This document shows, in pieces, positions 1 to 8,914 of a stretch of 64,000 nucleotides of DNA. The position numbers were made by a program, and so were the translations under genes. The number at the start of each line of letters is the position of its first letter. Position 1 is the stretch's first letter. Source of the DNA: an uncultured Verrucomicrobiae bacterium (GTDB taxonomy: Bacteria; Chlamydiota; Chlamydiia; Chlamydiales; Rhabdochlamydiaceae); assembly GCA_963806855.1 (NCBI GenBank), contig CAWDYW010000001.1:896001-960000 (forward strand), read 5' to 3'. The notes under the pieces are model-generated. The model was not told the DNA's origin. It did no database searches and saw nothing but the letters and a program-made list of their open reading frames with translations.

Positions 1-241
1 CTTCTCTTTTCAGGTAGCCCCCTAGGGTTTTCCCTGTGGAGGAAAATTTTTCTTGGTAATCGACTTTTAAGGGTAAGAAATCGACGCCGGGGAGAGGTTG
101 AGGGGAGGCGCAGGCCGTCGCTAAGAGGACCGTGTCCCCAGACTTGACGATGACCGAACCGTTGGCATGCCTGGCGATTTTGCCTGTCTCAAATGTGATT
201 TCTCTTCCGCCTACTGAGGCTGAAATTGTATGTTTGTCCAT
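1..241 (-). CDS. pnp: polyribonucleotide nucleotidyltransferase, 5' part (runs off window)
   Basis: Minus strand from ATG 241 reads MDKHTISASVGGREITFETGKIARHANGSV...DFLPLKVDYQEKFSSTGKTLGGY; lies downstream of rpsO. Confidence 0.95.
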   Translation of the reverse strand, partial: MDKHTISASVGGREITFETGKIARHANGSVIVKSGDTVLLATACASPQPLPGVDFLPLKVDYQEKFSSTGKTLGGYLKRE

Positions 242-263
242 GTAACTCCTAAATTTAGTTTTT

Positions 264-335
264 GGATGGAGGGATAAACTGACCGGCTGTGGAGACCAAA
301 ATTTTGATCTGCACAGTAGGGCATTCTATCCGTCC
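264..335 (-). promoter_or_regulatory. long imperfect stem-loop in pnp leader (possible RNase III site)
   Basis: GGATGGA(264)/TCCGTCC(335) enclose CTGTG-AGA-CAAA/TTTG-TCT-CACAG; position matches the known rpsO-pnp leader stem. Confidence 0.5.
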
Positions 336-373
336 TTTAAAAAGGATATCATGTGGAATAGTTTAGAACAAGT

Positions 374-400
374 GAACAAAAGGCGAGCAGCGCTCGCCTT
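374..400 (-). terminator. intrinsic terminator after rpsO
   Basis: AAGGCGAGC-3nt-GCTCGCCTT hairpin followed by a U-rich tail on the minus strand. Confidence 0.7.
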
Positions 401-431
401 CTGTTAAGATAGTGTAAGGATTGTGTGTGGA

Positions 432-701
432 TTATTTGCGCAAGTTTAATCTTACGATAAGATTTTGGTAGCGCTTAGTATCAGTTGAATTGAGATAATC
501 TAAAAGTTTGCGTCGTTGCCCAACAAGCTTAAGAAGGGCCAAGCGAGAGCTGTGGTCCTTGGGAGCAAGCTTGAGGTGCTCAGTGAGCTCGGCAATCCGC
601 TCAGTTAAAATCGCGATTTGAACGTCGGCAGAACCGGTATCCTTCTCGTGTAACTGAAACTTCTTTGTGATTTCCTCTTTTGTGCCTTTATCGAGTGACA
701 T
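432..701 (-). CDS. rpsO: 30S ribosomal protein S15
   Basis: [13 protein letters not shown]...[20 protein letters not shown]. Confidence 0.98.
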   Translation of the reverse strand: MSLDKGTKEEITKKFQLHEKDTGSADVQIAILTERIAELTEHLKLAPKDHSSRLALLKLVGQRRKLLDYLNSTDTKRYQNLIVRLNLRK

Positions 702-860
702 TTAAAGATCTCCTTTAGAACAAAATATAGCCTATGCAATTAAACATTATTGTAATCAAATCAAAATTTCAAATCAATCAAAAACTGAAACGCGTTCTAT
801 GACTTGTCAATTGCGAAGCTTCATGATAGCATAGCGAAACAATTAAATCCAAGTCCTAAA

Positions 861-1334
861 ATGATAACCATAGACGATGAAAATTTTATGCGAGAGGCGC
901 TTCTCGAAGCAAAAAAAGCTTTTGCACAGGCAGAGGTACCTGTCGGGGCTGTTCTCGTCTACCAAGGTGAGATTATCGGACGAGGACACAATTTAGTCGA
1001 GCAGCAAAGCAACGCTGCCCTACATGCGGAGCTAATCTGTCTGCAAGAAGGGGCAAAGAAACTGGGCAATTGGCGGCTTTTGGATTGCACACTTTATTGT
1101 ACGCTCGAGCCCTGCCCAATGTGTGCCGGTGCGATGGCCCTATTTCGGGTTAAGCGATTGGTGTATGGCGCGCCCGATTTACGTCATGGGGCAAATGGAA
1201 GTGTTTTCAATGTCCTCAATGCCGCCCATCCGATCCACCAAGTGGAGGTCGAAGGGGAGTGCTGTGCTGAAGAAGCAAAAGCGCTGATGAAAGAGTTTTT
1301 TTCTATAAGGAGAAGGAATGGAAGCATTGTTTGA
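861..1334 (+). CDS. tadA: tRNA adenosine deaminase
   Basis: HAE and PCPMC zinc motifs, EVPVGAV; start placed at ATG 861. Confidence 0.93.
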   Translation: MITIDDENFMREALLEAKKAFAQAEVPVGAVLVYQGEIIGRGHNLVEQQSNAALHAELICLQEGAKKLGNWRLLDCTLYCTLEPCPMCAGAMALFRVKRLVYGAPDLRHGANGSVFNVLNAAHPIHQVEVEGECCAEEAKALMKEFFSIRRRNGSIV

Positions 1335-1542
1335 AGAGCTGGTGCAGCAACAAGAGGAGAAGGTCTTTAAGTTTGCTCAAAAAATTATCCCCCATATTAC
1401 GAGGGAGGATGTCCTGCAGCCCAATGACTTCCCCGTCTTGGAGAACCACCCATTGTTCCGATACGAAGAGGGGATACTCGAAGGGCTGCGAACTGCCCAA
1501 ATGGCTTATTTCGCTATTGAAAAAAAAGGTCGCACCATCTAG
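1318..1542 (+). CDS. small hypothetical protein of the type that follows tadA in chlamydiae
   Basis: 74-aa ORF overlapping the tadA stop, with GGAGAAGG SD; QPNDFPxLE..P.FRYEEG core. Confidence 0.75.
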   Translation: MEALFEELVQQQEEKVFKFAQKIIPHITREDVLQPNDFPVLENHPLFRYEEGILEGLRTAQMAYFAIEKKGRTI

Positions 1543-1574
1543 AATCGGATACTTGAATAACTTTTGGAGCTCCA

Positions 1575-1889
1575 ATGAAAAAAGAAGGCCACCCAGATTA
1601 CCAGGACATTTTATTTGTCGACTCTTCGACAGGGACGAAGTTCGTCTGTGGATCCACACTAAAACCGAAAGAGAAAGAGAAGTATGAGGGTAAAGAATAC
1701 CCTGTATATCGAGTCGCTATTTCTTCAGCATCTCACCCTTTCTTTACAGGAAGCAAGCAGCTTGTCGACGCCGAAGGTCGGGTTGATAAATTCCGCAAGC
1801 GTTATGCTAAGAAAGAAGAGCAGCAGCCAAAAGAAGAAGACAAGCCTGCTCCTTCTAAAAAGCCGGCGAAAAAAGCAACTAAAAAATAA
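1575..1889 (+). CDS. rpmE2: 50S ribosomal protein L31 type B
   Basis: MKKEGHPDY...[10 protein letters not shown]...[13 protein letters not shown], no Zn-ribbon Cys set, Lys-rich tail. Confidence 0.95.
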   Translation: MKKEGHPDYQDILFVDSSTGTKFVCGSTLKPKEKEKYEGKEYPVYRVAISSASHPFFTGSKQLVDAEGRVDKFRKRYAKKEEQQPKEEDKPAPSKKPAKKATKK

Positions 1890-1891
1890 TT

Positions 1892-2965
1892 GTGGAAAAG
1901 CGAATCCTCCAACTTATCAATCGCTTCGCAGAGGTGGAAAATCTCTTGGGGGATCCGCAAGTTCACTCTGATCAAAAACGTTATAAAAAGCTAACGCAAG
2001 AACACGCCTACTTGAGTGAAATCAAAGAGACGTGGGACCAATGTCAAAAACTCCAAAAGCAACTAAATGACGACCAAGAGCTCTACAAAGAAGAGACCAA
2101 TCAAGAGCTTTTGGAGATGCTGCGCGATGAGATCGAATCGCTCAAAAATCAAATCCCTCTTATCAATACCAAATTAGAAACGCTGCTGGTCCCTCCCGAC
2201 CCCAATGATAGCCGCAATACCATCATCGAGGTGCGCGCTGGAACTGGAGGCGATGAGGCGGCTCTCTTCGTCGGCGATATGATTAGGATGTACCATTTGT
2301 ACTCTGGCGATTCTGGTTGGAAATGGGAGCTGCTCTCCTGCTCTCCTTCCGAAATCGGAGGCTATAAAGAGTATATCATGGTCATCTCAGGCCAGAATGT
2401 CCACCGGATGTTGCAACATGAGGCCGGAACGCATCGGGTGCAGCGGGTGCCCGATACCGAGACGCAGGGGAGGGTTCACACCTCGGCGGTGACGGTTGCT
2501 GTTCTGATGGAGCCCGATGATGAAGAGGCGATCACTCTCGACGAAAAGGATTTGAAAATCGACACCTATCGTTCTTCTGGAGCTGGGGGTCAGCACGTCA
2601 ATACGACCGACTCGGCTGTTCGCATTACCCACCTTCCGACAGGGACTGTAGTCTATTGTCAACAAGAGCGCTCCCAGCACAAAAACCGTGATAAGGCGAT
2701 GCGTCTTTTGCAAGCCAAAATTGCCGAGCACCAGAGGGAAAAAGCCCACAAAGAGCGCTCTGAACTGCGGCAGACGCAAGTTGGCTCAGGGGACCGCTCT
2801 GAACGAATCCGCACCTATAACTTCCCGCAAAACCGGGTGACCGACCACAGGATTAACTTGACCCTTTATAAGCTCGATATGGTCATGCAGGGTGATCTCA
2901 ATGGGATCACACAGCCGCTCGTCGCCTATTTCCATCAACAAAAGCTCGCCGCGATGCCATCATGA
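1892..2965 (+). CDS. prfA: peptide chain release factor 1
   Basis: GGQ motif, PxT (PDT) discriminator, GTG start. Confidence 0.97.
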   Translation: MEKRILQLINRFAEVENLLGDPQVHSDQKRYKKLTQEHAYLSEIKETWDQCQKLQKQLNDDQELYKEETNQELLEMLRDEIESLKNQIPLINTKLETLLVPPDPNDSRNTIIEVRAGTGGDEAALFVGDMIRMYHLYSGDSGWKWELLSCSPSEIGGYKEYIMVISGQNVHRMLQHEAGTHRVQRVPDTETQGRVHTSAVTVAVLMEPDDEEAITLDEKDLKIDTYRSSGAGGQHVNTTDSAVRITHLPTGTVVYCQQERSQHKNRDKAMRLLQAKIAEHQREKAHKERSELRQTQVGSGDRSERIRTYNFPQNRVTDHRINLTLYKLDMVMQGDLNGITQPLVAYFHQQKLAAMPS

Positions 2966-3822
2966 AGACTCTGCAAGCTGTTCTGAAATTAGCAACAGAA
3001 TTTTTAAGCAAGCAAGGGGTAGGGCGGCCGCGGCTCACAGCGGAAACGCTCCTGGCCCATTTTTTGAAATTGAAGCGGATCGAGCTCTACATGCATTTCG
3101 ACCGTCCCTTGACCGAAGAGGAGCTTGTCCCTTTCCGTGAAGCGTTAAAACGGGCGATCCGAGGGGAGCCGATCGAGTATATTATGGGGGAAGTGGAGTT
3201 TTATGGGGCCAAATTGAAAATCACGCCTGCGGTCATCATCCCCCGCCAAGAAACCGAGATTTTACTCGATATGGTCTTAAAGCAATTGGATGGATCGGAA
3301 AAAAGGGCTTTAGATCTCTGTACCGGATCGGGCTATTTGGCCATTGGACTGAAAAAAATGCGGCCCGATCTTGAGGTTGTCGCTGTCGATCTCTCGAAAG
3401 AGGCATTAGAGGTGGCTCGGGGCAATGGAGAGTACAATGGGGTCGAAATTGAATGGCTACTTGGAGATTTAACTAAACCCCTACACGGAAAATTTGACCT
3501 CGTCCTCTGCAATCCTCCTTATATTACGGCCGATGACTATACGACTCTCGACCGCAGTGTGCGCGACTTTGAACCTAAAATGGCGCTTGTCTCCGGACCA
3601 ACTGGCTATGAATTTTTTGAGCGCCTAGCAAAAGAGCTTCCTCCCTTTTTAAATGAGGGGGCTAAGGTTTTTTTTGAGATCGGCACCGGGCAGGGCGCCC
3701 AAGTTTTAAAGATATTTTCCCAGGGACCTTGGACAGGGCAAACAGTCAAACCAGACTGGGCAGGGCATGACCGGTTCTTTTCTCTCTTGAAATCCAAACA
3801 AATTTCGCCTATATTAGAGTGA
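2962..3822 (+). CDS. prmC: release factor glutamine methyltransferase
   Basis: DLCTGSG, NPPY, IPRQETE; ATGA overlap with prfA. Confidence 0.96.
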   Translation: MKTLQAVLKLATEFLSKQGVGRPRLTAETLLAHFLKLKRIELYMHFDRPLTEEELVPFREALKRAIRGEPIEYIMGEVEFYGAKLKITPAVIIPRQETEILLDMVLKQLDGSEKRALDLCTGSGYLAIGLKKMRPDLEVVAVDLSKEALEVARGNGEYNGVEIEWLLGDLTKPLHGKFDLVLCNPPYITADDYTTLDRSVRDFEPKMALVSGPTGYEFFERLAKELPPFLNEGAKVFFEIGTGQGAQVLKIFSQGPWTGQTVKPDWAGHDRFFSLLKSKQISPILE

Positions 3823-3829
3823 TCTAATT

Positions 3830-5152
3830 ATGTTTGATTTACTTGCTGAGAAATTTACCACCCTTTTTTCCGGCTTAAGCGGCAAAAAAAATTTGACCGA
3901 GGAGAATATCTCTGACGCAGTGCGTGAGGTTCGTCTGGCGCTTCTCGACGCCGATGTCAACTATTCTGTCGCTTCCCAATTTGTCAAACGGGTGAAAGAA
4001 AAAGTGGTTGGCACCGAGACGATCAAATCGGTAAAGCCTGGTGAGCAGTTCATCAAAGTGGTGCATGAAGAACTGATCGCCTTAATGGGTAAATCAGAAG
4101 CAGAGCTCTATTTAATTGGCCACCCGACTGTGATCCTGATGTGCGGTCTACAAGGTTCTGGAAAGACGACTACGTCGGCAAAACTGGCGGCCCATCTGAA
4201 GAAAAAGAATAAAAAAGTGCTCGTCGCGGCCTGCGATTTGCAACGGCCCGCAGCAGTGCAGCAGCTCAAATTGCTCTGCCAGCAGATCGATGTGCCGGTC
4301 TTTGCTGTTGAAGGGGAAAATAAACCCTTAAAGGTAGCAAATGGGGCACTCGACAAGGCCCGCCGCGAAGGGTTCGATGTACTGATTGTCGATACAGCTG
4401 GAAGGCTCCATATCGATGAAGAGCTGATGAAAGAGCTCCAAGCTGTAAAAAAAGCTCTCAGCCCCCATGAAATCCTCTTTGTCGCAAACGCAACGACGGG
4501 GCAAGATGCAGTAAAAACAGCACAAGAGTTTGATCAAAAATTAGGCATCACCGGTTCTGTTCTGACGATGCTCGATGGAAGTGCCCGCGCAGGAGCGGCC
4601 ATCTCGATTACCGAAGTGACCCAGAAACCGCTAAAATTCGAGGGGATCGGCGAGCGGATCGAAGATCTGCAAGTGTTCAACCCGCAATCGATGGCCGACA
4701 GGGTGCTCGGGATGGGCGATGTGATCAATTTGGTGAAGAAAGCCGAAGAGCATATCGATGAAAAGCAGAGTGCAGAACTCGAGAAGAAACTGCGCAAAGC
4801 CTCCTTCACCTATGATGACTACCTCAAGCAGATGGGGATGATGAAGAAGATGGGCTCGTTTAAGAGCTTGCTGAAGATGGTTCCTGGAATGTCGGCTCTT
4901 GGTGACTTGGAGCTTCCAGAAAAAGAGTTTCAAAAGACAGAGGCGATCATCCAATCGATGACACCGACGGAACGTGAGGAGCGGGTCGAGCTACTTCCCT
5001 CTCGCCGCCGCCGTATCGCTCTTGGAAGTGGGACCACGATCGATGATGTCAATCGTCTAGTTAAAGGATTTAAAAATTTGAAAAAATTGTGCAAGTCGAT
5101 GCCAAAAATGAAATCGATGCCAAATATAAAGGAGATAATGCCATGGCAGTAA
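3830..5152 (+). CDS. ffh: signal recognition particle protein
   Basis: GLQGSGKTT, DTAGR, Met-rich M domain. Confidence 0.98.
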   Translation: MFDLLAEKFTTLFSGLSGKKNLTEENISDAVREVRLALLDADVNYSVASQFVKRVKEKVVGTETIKSVKPGEQFIKVVHEELIALMGKSEAELYLIGHPTVILMCGLQGSGKTTTSAKLAAHLKKKNKKVLVAACDLQRPAAVQQLKLLCQQIDVPVFAVEGENKPLKVANGALDKARREGFDVLIVDTAGRLHIDEELMKELQAVKKALSPHEILFVANATTGQDAVKTAQEFDQKLGITGSVLTMLDGSARAGAAISITEVTQKPLKFEGIGERIEDLQVFNPQSMADRVLGMGDVINLVKKAEEHIDEKQSAELEKKLRKASFTYDDYLKQMGMMKKMGSFKSLLKMVPGMSALGDLELPEKEFQKTEAIIQSMTPTEREERVELLPSRRRRIALGSGTTIDDVNRLVKGFKNLKKLCKSMPKMKSMPNIKEIMPWQ

Positions 5153-5481
5153 AGATCCGGTTGCGCCAGCAAGGACGCACCAATCGACAGACCTATCGCT
5201 TAGTCGCATGTGATACACATGTGAAGCGTGATGGGAAATATCTGGAAAATTTAGGGTGGTACGACCCCTTCATGAAAGAAAGCAATGCAGTTGTAAATGC
5301 GGAAAGAGCAGCCTATTGGCTTAGCCAGGGTGCTGAAATGAGCCCTGAGGCAAAATTGCTGATCGCCCGTTTTGCTCCTCACGTGATTAAAGAGTGGAAT
5401 GAGAAGCGTGAAGCAAGAAAGGTAAAAGAAGCTGCAAAACGACGCGAAAGCCGCAAAAAGAAGACGGCAGTAGCAAAGTAA
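5143..5481 (+). CDS. rpsP: 30S ribosomal protein S16
   Basis: MAVKIRLRQQG...RDGKYLENLGWYDP; start ATG 5143. Confidence 0.97.
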   Translation: MAVKIRLRQQGRTNRQTYRLVACDTHVKRDGKYLENLGWYDPFMKESNAVVNAERAAYWLSQGAEMSPEAKLLIARFAPHVIKEWNEKREARKVKEAAKRRESRKKKTAVAK

Positions 5482-6179
5482 TGGAGATCGACATCCTTTC
5501 CCTTTTTCCTGATTATTTTCAGGGACCTTTTGATGTGAGCATCTTGAAAAGGGCAAGAGAGAAAGGGTTGATCCATGTGAACTTCATCGATATTCGAGAC
5601 TTTGCAGAAGGCCGGCACAGAAAAGTAGACGATCGCCCCTATGGTGGGGGACCAGGAATGGTGATGATGCCAGGCCCTTGTATCAGGGCGATTCGGGATC
5701 GGAAGAGAGAAAACTCAGCTGTCGTCTACATGTCGCCTCAAGGCAAGCCCTTGAATGCCAAGAAGTGTGCCGAGCTCGCAACCATCAGCCATCTGATCAT
5801 CCTCTGTGGGCATTACGAGGGGATCGATCAGCGGATTATCGAGAGCGAGGTCGATGAAGAGATTAGCATAGGGGACTATGTCCTCACAAATGGTTGCTTA
5901 CCCGCAATCGTGCTCGTCGATGCGATGGCCCGGTTTATCCCAGGCGTCCTCGGGCATGAAGAGGCAGCAACAAAAGATTCTTTTCAGGAGGGGGTTTTCG
6001 AGGCACCTCAATATACCCGCCCTGAGAAGTTTGAAGAAATGGCCGTTCCAGAGGTATTAATGGGGGGAAACCACCGTGAAATCGAAGAGTGGCGTAGTGA
6101 ACAAGGTTTTAGAAAAACTCGGCTAGTCCGACCAGAATTAACAGGAGCAGATCATGCAACAGGCGCAAGTCATAGATGA
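5481..6179 (+). CDS. trmD: tRNA (guanine37-N1)-methyltransferase
   Basis: VDDRPYGGGPGMV, CGHYEGIDQR, SIGDYVL. Confidence 0.98.
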   Translation: MEIDILSLFPDYFQGPFDVSILKRAREKGLIHVNFIDIRDFAEGRHRKVDDRPYGGGPGMVMMPGPCIRAIRDRKRENSAVVYMSPQGKPLNAKKCAELATISHLIILCGHYEGIDQRIIESEVDEEISIGDYVLTNGCLPAIVLVDAMARFIPGVLGHEEAATKDSFQEGVFEAPQYTRPEKFEEMAVPEVLMGGNHREIEEWRSEQGFRKTRLVRPELTGADHATGASHR

Positions 6180-6558
6180 GATTGAAGCGGCAAGTTTGAA
6201 GACAGACATCCCCGATTTCAAAGTGGGCGATACTATCAGCGTGTCATACCGCATTATTGAAGGGGAAAAAGAACGTACACAGGTATTTACCGGTGTCGTC
6301 ATCGCCCGCAAAGGACATGGGATTTCAGAGACATTCTCCATGTACCGAGTCGCTTACGGTTCAGCCATGGAGCGGGTATTCCCACTTCATAGCCCAAAAG
6401 TGGCGAAAATCGCAGTGGAGAAGCACGGAAAAGTGCGCAGAGGTAAGCTCTACTTCCTCCGCGGTCTCTCTGGTAAGAAAGCGAAGATCCAAGAGCGGAT
6501 CGTCAAACGAATTGGGCTTGTGATTAAAGAGCCGGTAGCGACAGAGAGTGCAGAATAA
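6154..6558 (+). CDS. rplS: 50S ribosomal protein L19
   Basis: FKVGDT...EGEKERTQVFTG...GKVRRGKLYFLR. Confidence 0.98.
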   Translation: MQQAQVIDEIEAASLKTDIPDFKVGDTISVSYRIIEGEKERTQVFTGVVIARKGHGISETFSMYRVAYGSAMERVFPLHSPKVAKIAVEKHGKVRRGKLYFLRGLSGKKAKIQERIVKRIGLVIKEPVATESAE

Positions 6559-6561
6559 ACT

Positions 6562-7260
6562 GTGGCCAAATCTGCTGGCGCAAAAAAGCGTATTGAAACG
6601 ATACGGCTAAAGCGCCTATGTAGTATAGAAATCGAGGTCCGGGAAAAGGGCTTTGAAATGATTGCTGGCGTAGACGAAGTGGGACGTGGTCCACTAGCCG
6701 GACCCGTCGTCGCTGCAGCTTGCATCTTGCCCGAAGGATATATTCTACGTGGGATCAACGACAGCAAAAAGTTGACCGAAGAACAGCGCTTTTTGCTCTA
6801 TCAGGAACTGATTAGCCAGCCGGGCATCGACTATGCGATTGGTGTTGTCGAAGCTGCCGAGATCGATGAACTCAATATCCACAGGGCTTCCCAGGAGGCG
6901 ATGGTTCGTGCGGTGAAACGACTCCGCAATACGCCTCACTTTTTGCTAGTCGACGGACCCCATACCCCGCCCATTGATATTCCGGCTGCTGGGATCGTCG
7001 ATGGCGATGCCAAAGTTCAAGTGATTGCAGCGGCCTCGATCATTGCCAAAGTGACTAGGGACAATATCATGATCGGCTACCACGACCTCTATCCCGGTTA
7101 CGGATTTAAAGACCACAAAGGTTACGGGACAAGCAAACATTTGAGGGCCCTTTCGGAGCTTGGACCAACACCCATTCACCGAATGAGCTTTGGAAGATTA
7201 TCCTCAGGAGAGACAAATGACCAGAAGCATGACAGCCTACAGCCGAGCGACGTCGAGTGA
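6562..7260 (+). CDS. rnhB: ribonuclease HII
   Basis: GVDEVGRGPLAGPV, DSKKL, AAASIIAKV, HKGYGT. Confidence 0.97.
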   Translation: MAKSAGAKKRIETIRLKRLCSIEIEVREKGFEMIAGVDEVGRGPLAGPVVAAACILPEGYILRGINDSKKLTEEQRFLLYQELISQPGIDYAIGVVEAAEIDELNIHRASQEAMVRAVKRLRNTPHFLLVDGPHTPPIDIPAAGIVDGDAKVQVIAAASIIAKVTRDNIMIGYHDLYPGYGFKDHKGYGTSKHLRALSELGPTPIHRMSFGRLSSGETNDQKHDSLQPSDVE

Positions 7261-8080
7261 AGTCGAAGGCATCACTTGGAGTGTCGAAATCCATACGATC
7301 AATCGAAAGGCGCTCGACATTAATATCTATTTGCCCAGAGAACTTCTATTTTTTGATGTCGAATTGCGAAAATTGATTGCCCAGTCATTGCAACGGGGCC
7401 AGGTGACCGTTAGAGTGAACCTGGAGAAGGGGAAAGAAGCGGGCGCGGCGGTGCCCCTGCTCAAGAAACTAAAATCGGGTTGGGAGAAAACGGCAAAAGA
7501 GCTCGGCCTGGGCAAGGAAGAGATTACGCTGACTTTTTTACTCGCCCAGATGGAAAAGGTTTCGTCTGATTTGTTTGGCACAAAAATTCAGACTGAACTT
7601 AAAAAAACGGTATCTGTTGCCCTCACCGGCCTCGTTAAGATGAAAGAGACCGAAGGGAAAGCGCTCGCTGCAGACATGTTAAAACGGGTGAAAACGTTAC
7701 AAAGCAATGTCAGTGCGATGGAGAAAATGAGCTCGAAGGCCCCCGAACACTACCGGGAGAAACTCCTTGCCCGATTAGAAGTCCTCCTCAAAGAGCCGCT
7801 CGAAGATGAGAGAGTTTTGCGCGAAGTGGCCCTCTTTGCAGAAAAAGCCGATATCACCGAAGAGATCACCCGCCTCAAATCGCACCTGGTTCAGTTTGCC
7901 GATCTACTGAAATCGAAAGGGGAGAGCGTCGGAAGAACCCTAGACTTTTTAATCCAGGAGATTTTGCGGGAAATTAATACCGTCTCTTCCAAATCACCCG
8001 ACCTTGCCCTGACCCAATTGGCGGTGAGCTCAAAGGCTGAGCTGGAAAAGATAAGAGAACAAGTGCAAAATATAGAATAA
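7217..8080 (+). CDS. yicC: YicC/YloC family endoribonuclease
   Basis: RSMTAY N-terminus, DITEEITRL, GRTLDFLIQEILREINT, EKIREQVQNIE C-terminus. Confidence 0.93.
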   Translation: MTRSMTAYSRATSSEVEGITWSVEIHTINRKALDINIYLPRELLFFDVELRKLIAQSLQRGQVTVRVNLEKGKEAGAAVPLLKKLKSGWEKTAKELGLGKEEITLTFLLAQMEKVSSDLFGTKIQTELKKTVSVALTGLVKMKETEGKALAADMLKRVKTLQSNVSAMEKMSSKAPEHYREKLLARLEVLLKEPLEDERVLREVALFAEKADITEEITRLKSHLVQFADLLKSKGESVGRTLDFLIQEILREINTVSSKSPDLALTQLAVSSKAELEKIREQVQNIE

Positions 8081-8697
8081 TGGAAAAATTATTAGGATCG
8101 CTTACTAAAGGATTTGTCATCGTGATGAGCGCACCGGCTGGGACCGGCAAAACGACCCTTGCCCGGATGCTGATCGATGAATTCCCTAGCGTCTCTGAAA
8201 GTGTCTCCTGCACCACGCGCCCAATCCGCCCAGGTGAAATCCCCGATAAAGATTACCACTTCATGTCCGTGGCGGACTTTGAAGAGAGGGAAAAACGGGG
8301 GGAGTTTCTCGAGCATGCGACCGTCTTTGGACACCATTACGGGACACTGAAAGAACATGTTGAAAAGAAACTTCATCAAGGCCAACATGTGATCCTCGTG
8401 ATCGACACTCAAGGGGCGCTCCAGCTTAAAAAATTGGGTTACCAGGCCATCTATATCTTCATCCGCCCCCCATCGCTGGCCGAGCTGCGGTCCCGCCTCT
8501 TCAATCGGAAAACCGAGCAAGAACAGCATATTGAAGAGCGGCTCGCCTGGGCCGTGCATGAGCTCGAGATGGCCAAGCATTACGATTACATCGTCACCAA
8601 TGATAATTTGCATCGCGCATATGAAATTTTGCGCAGTATTTTAATTTCTGAAGAACATAAAACAACGAGGTACCATGACAGACACTCTGACAAATGA
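8080..8697 (+). CDS. gmk: guanylate kinase
   Basis: SAPAGTGKTT, SCTTRPIRPGE, YGT, DTQG. Confidence 0.97.
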   Translation: MEKLLGSLTKGFVIVMSAPAGTGKTTLARMLIDEFPSVSESVSCTTRPIRPGEIPDKDYHFMSVADFEEREKRGEFLEHATVFGHHYGTLKEHVEKKLHQGQHVILVIDTQGALQLKKLGYQAIYIFIRPPSLAELRSRLFNRKTEQEQHIEERLAWAVHELEMAKHYDYIVTNDNLHRAYEILRSILISEEHKTTRYHDRHSDK

Positions 8698-8914
8698 GGG
8701 CTTAAGCAACATCTGCAAAAGCAGTTTTGAACTTGCTCACTATGCAATTCAGCTCGCTCGCTATTTCATCGAATCGGGCAGAGAAGCGCAACTGAAGGAT
8801 ATCTTGCTGCAGATCAAGAAACATCCCGATCCGGAGAAGTATCTCGACGAGCTCAGGACAATCGATACAATTGAAAAGAGGACAAAACCGAAAGAAGTAA
8901 CACCTTATGAGTGA
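8675..8914 (+). CDS. rpoZ: probable RNA polymerase omega subunit
   Basis: Small ORF between gmk and metG (gmk-rpoZ synteny); LTNExL...SSFEL...AIxLAR resembles the omega N-terminus. Confidence 0.7.
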   Translation: MTDTLTNEGLSNICKSSFELAHYAIQLARYFIESGREAQLKDILLQIKKHPDPEKYLDELRTIDTIEKRTKPKEVTPYE

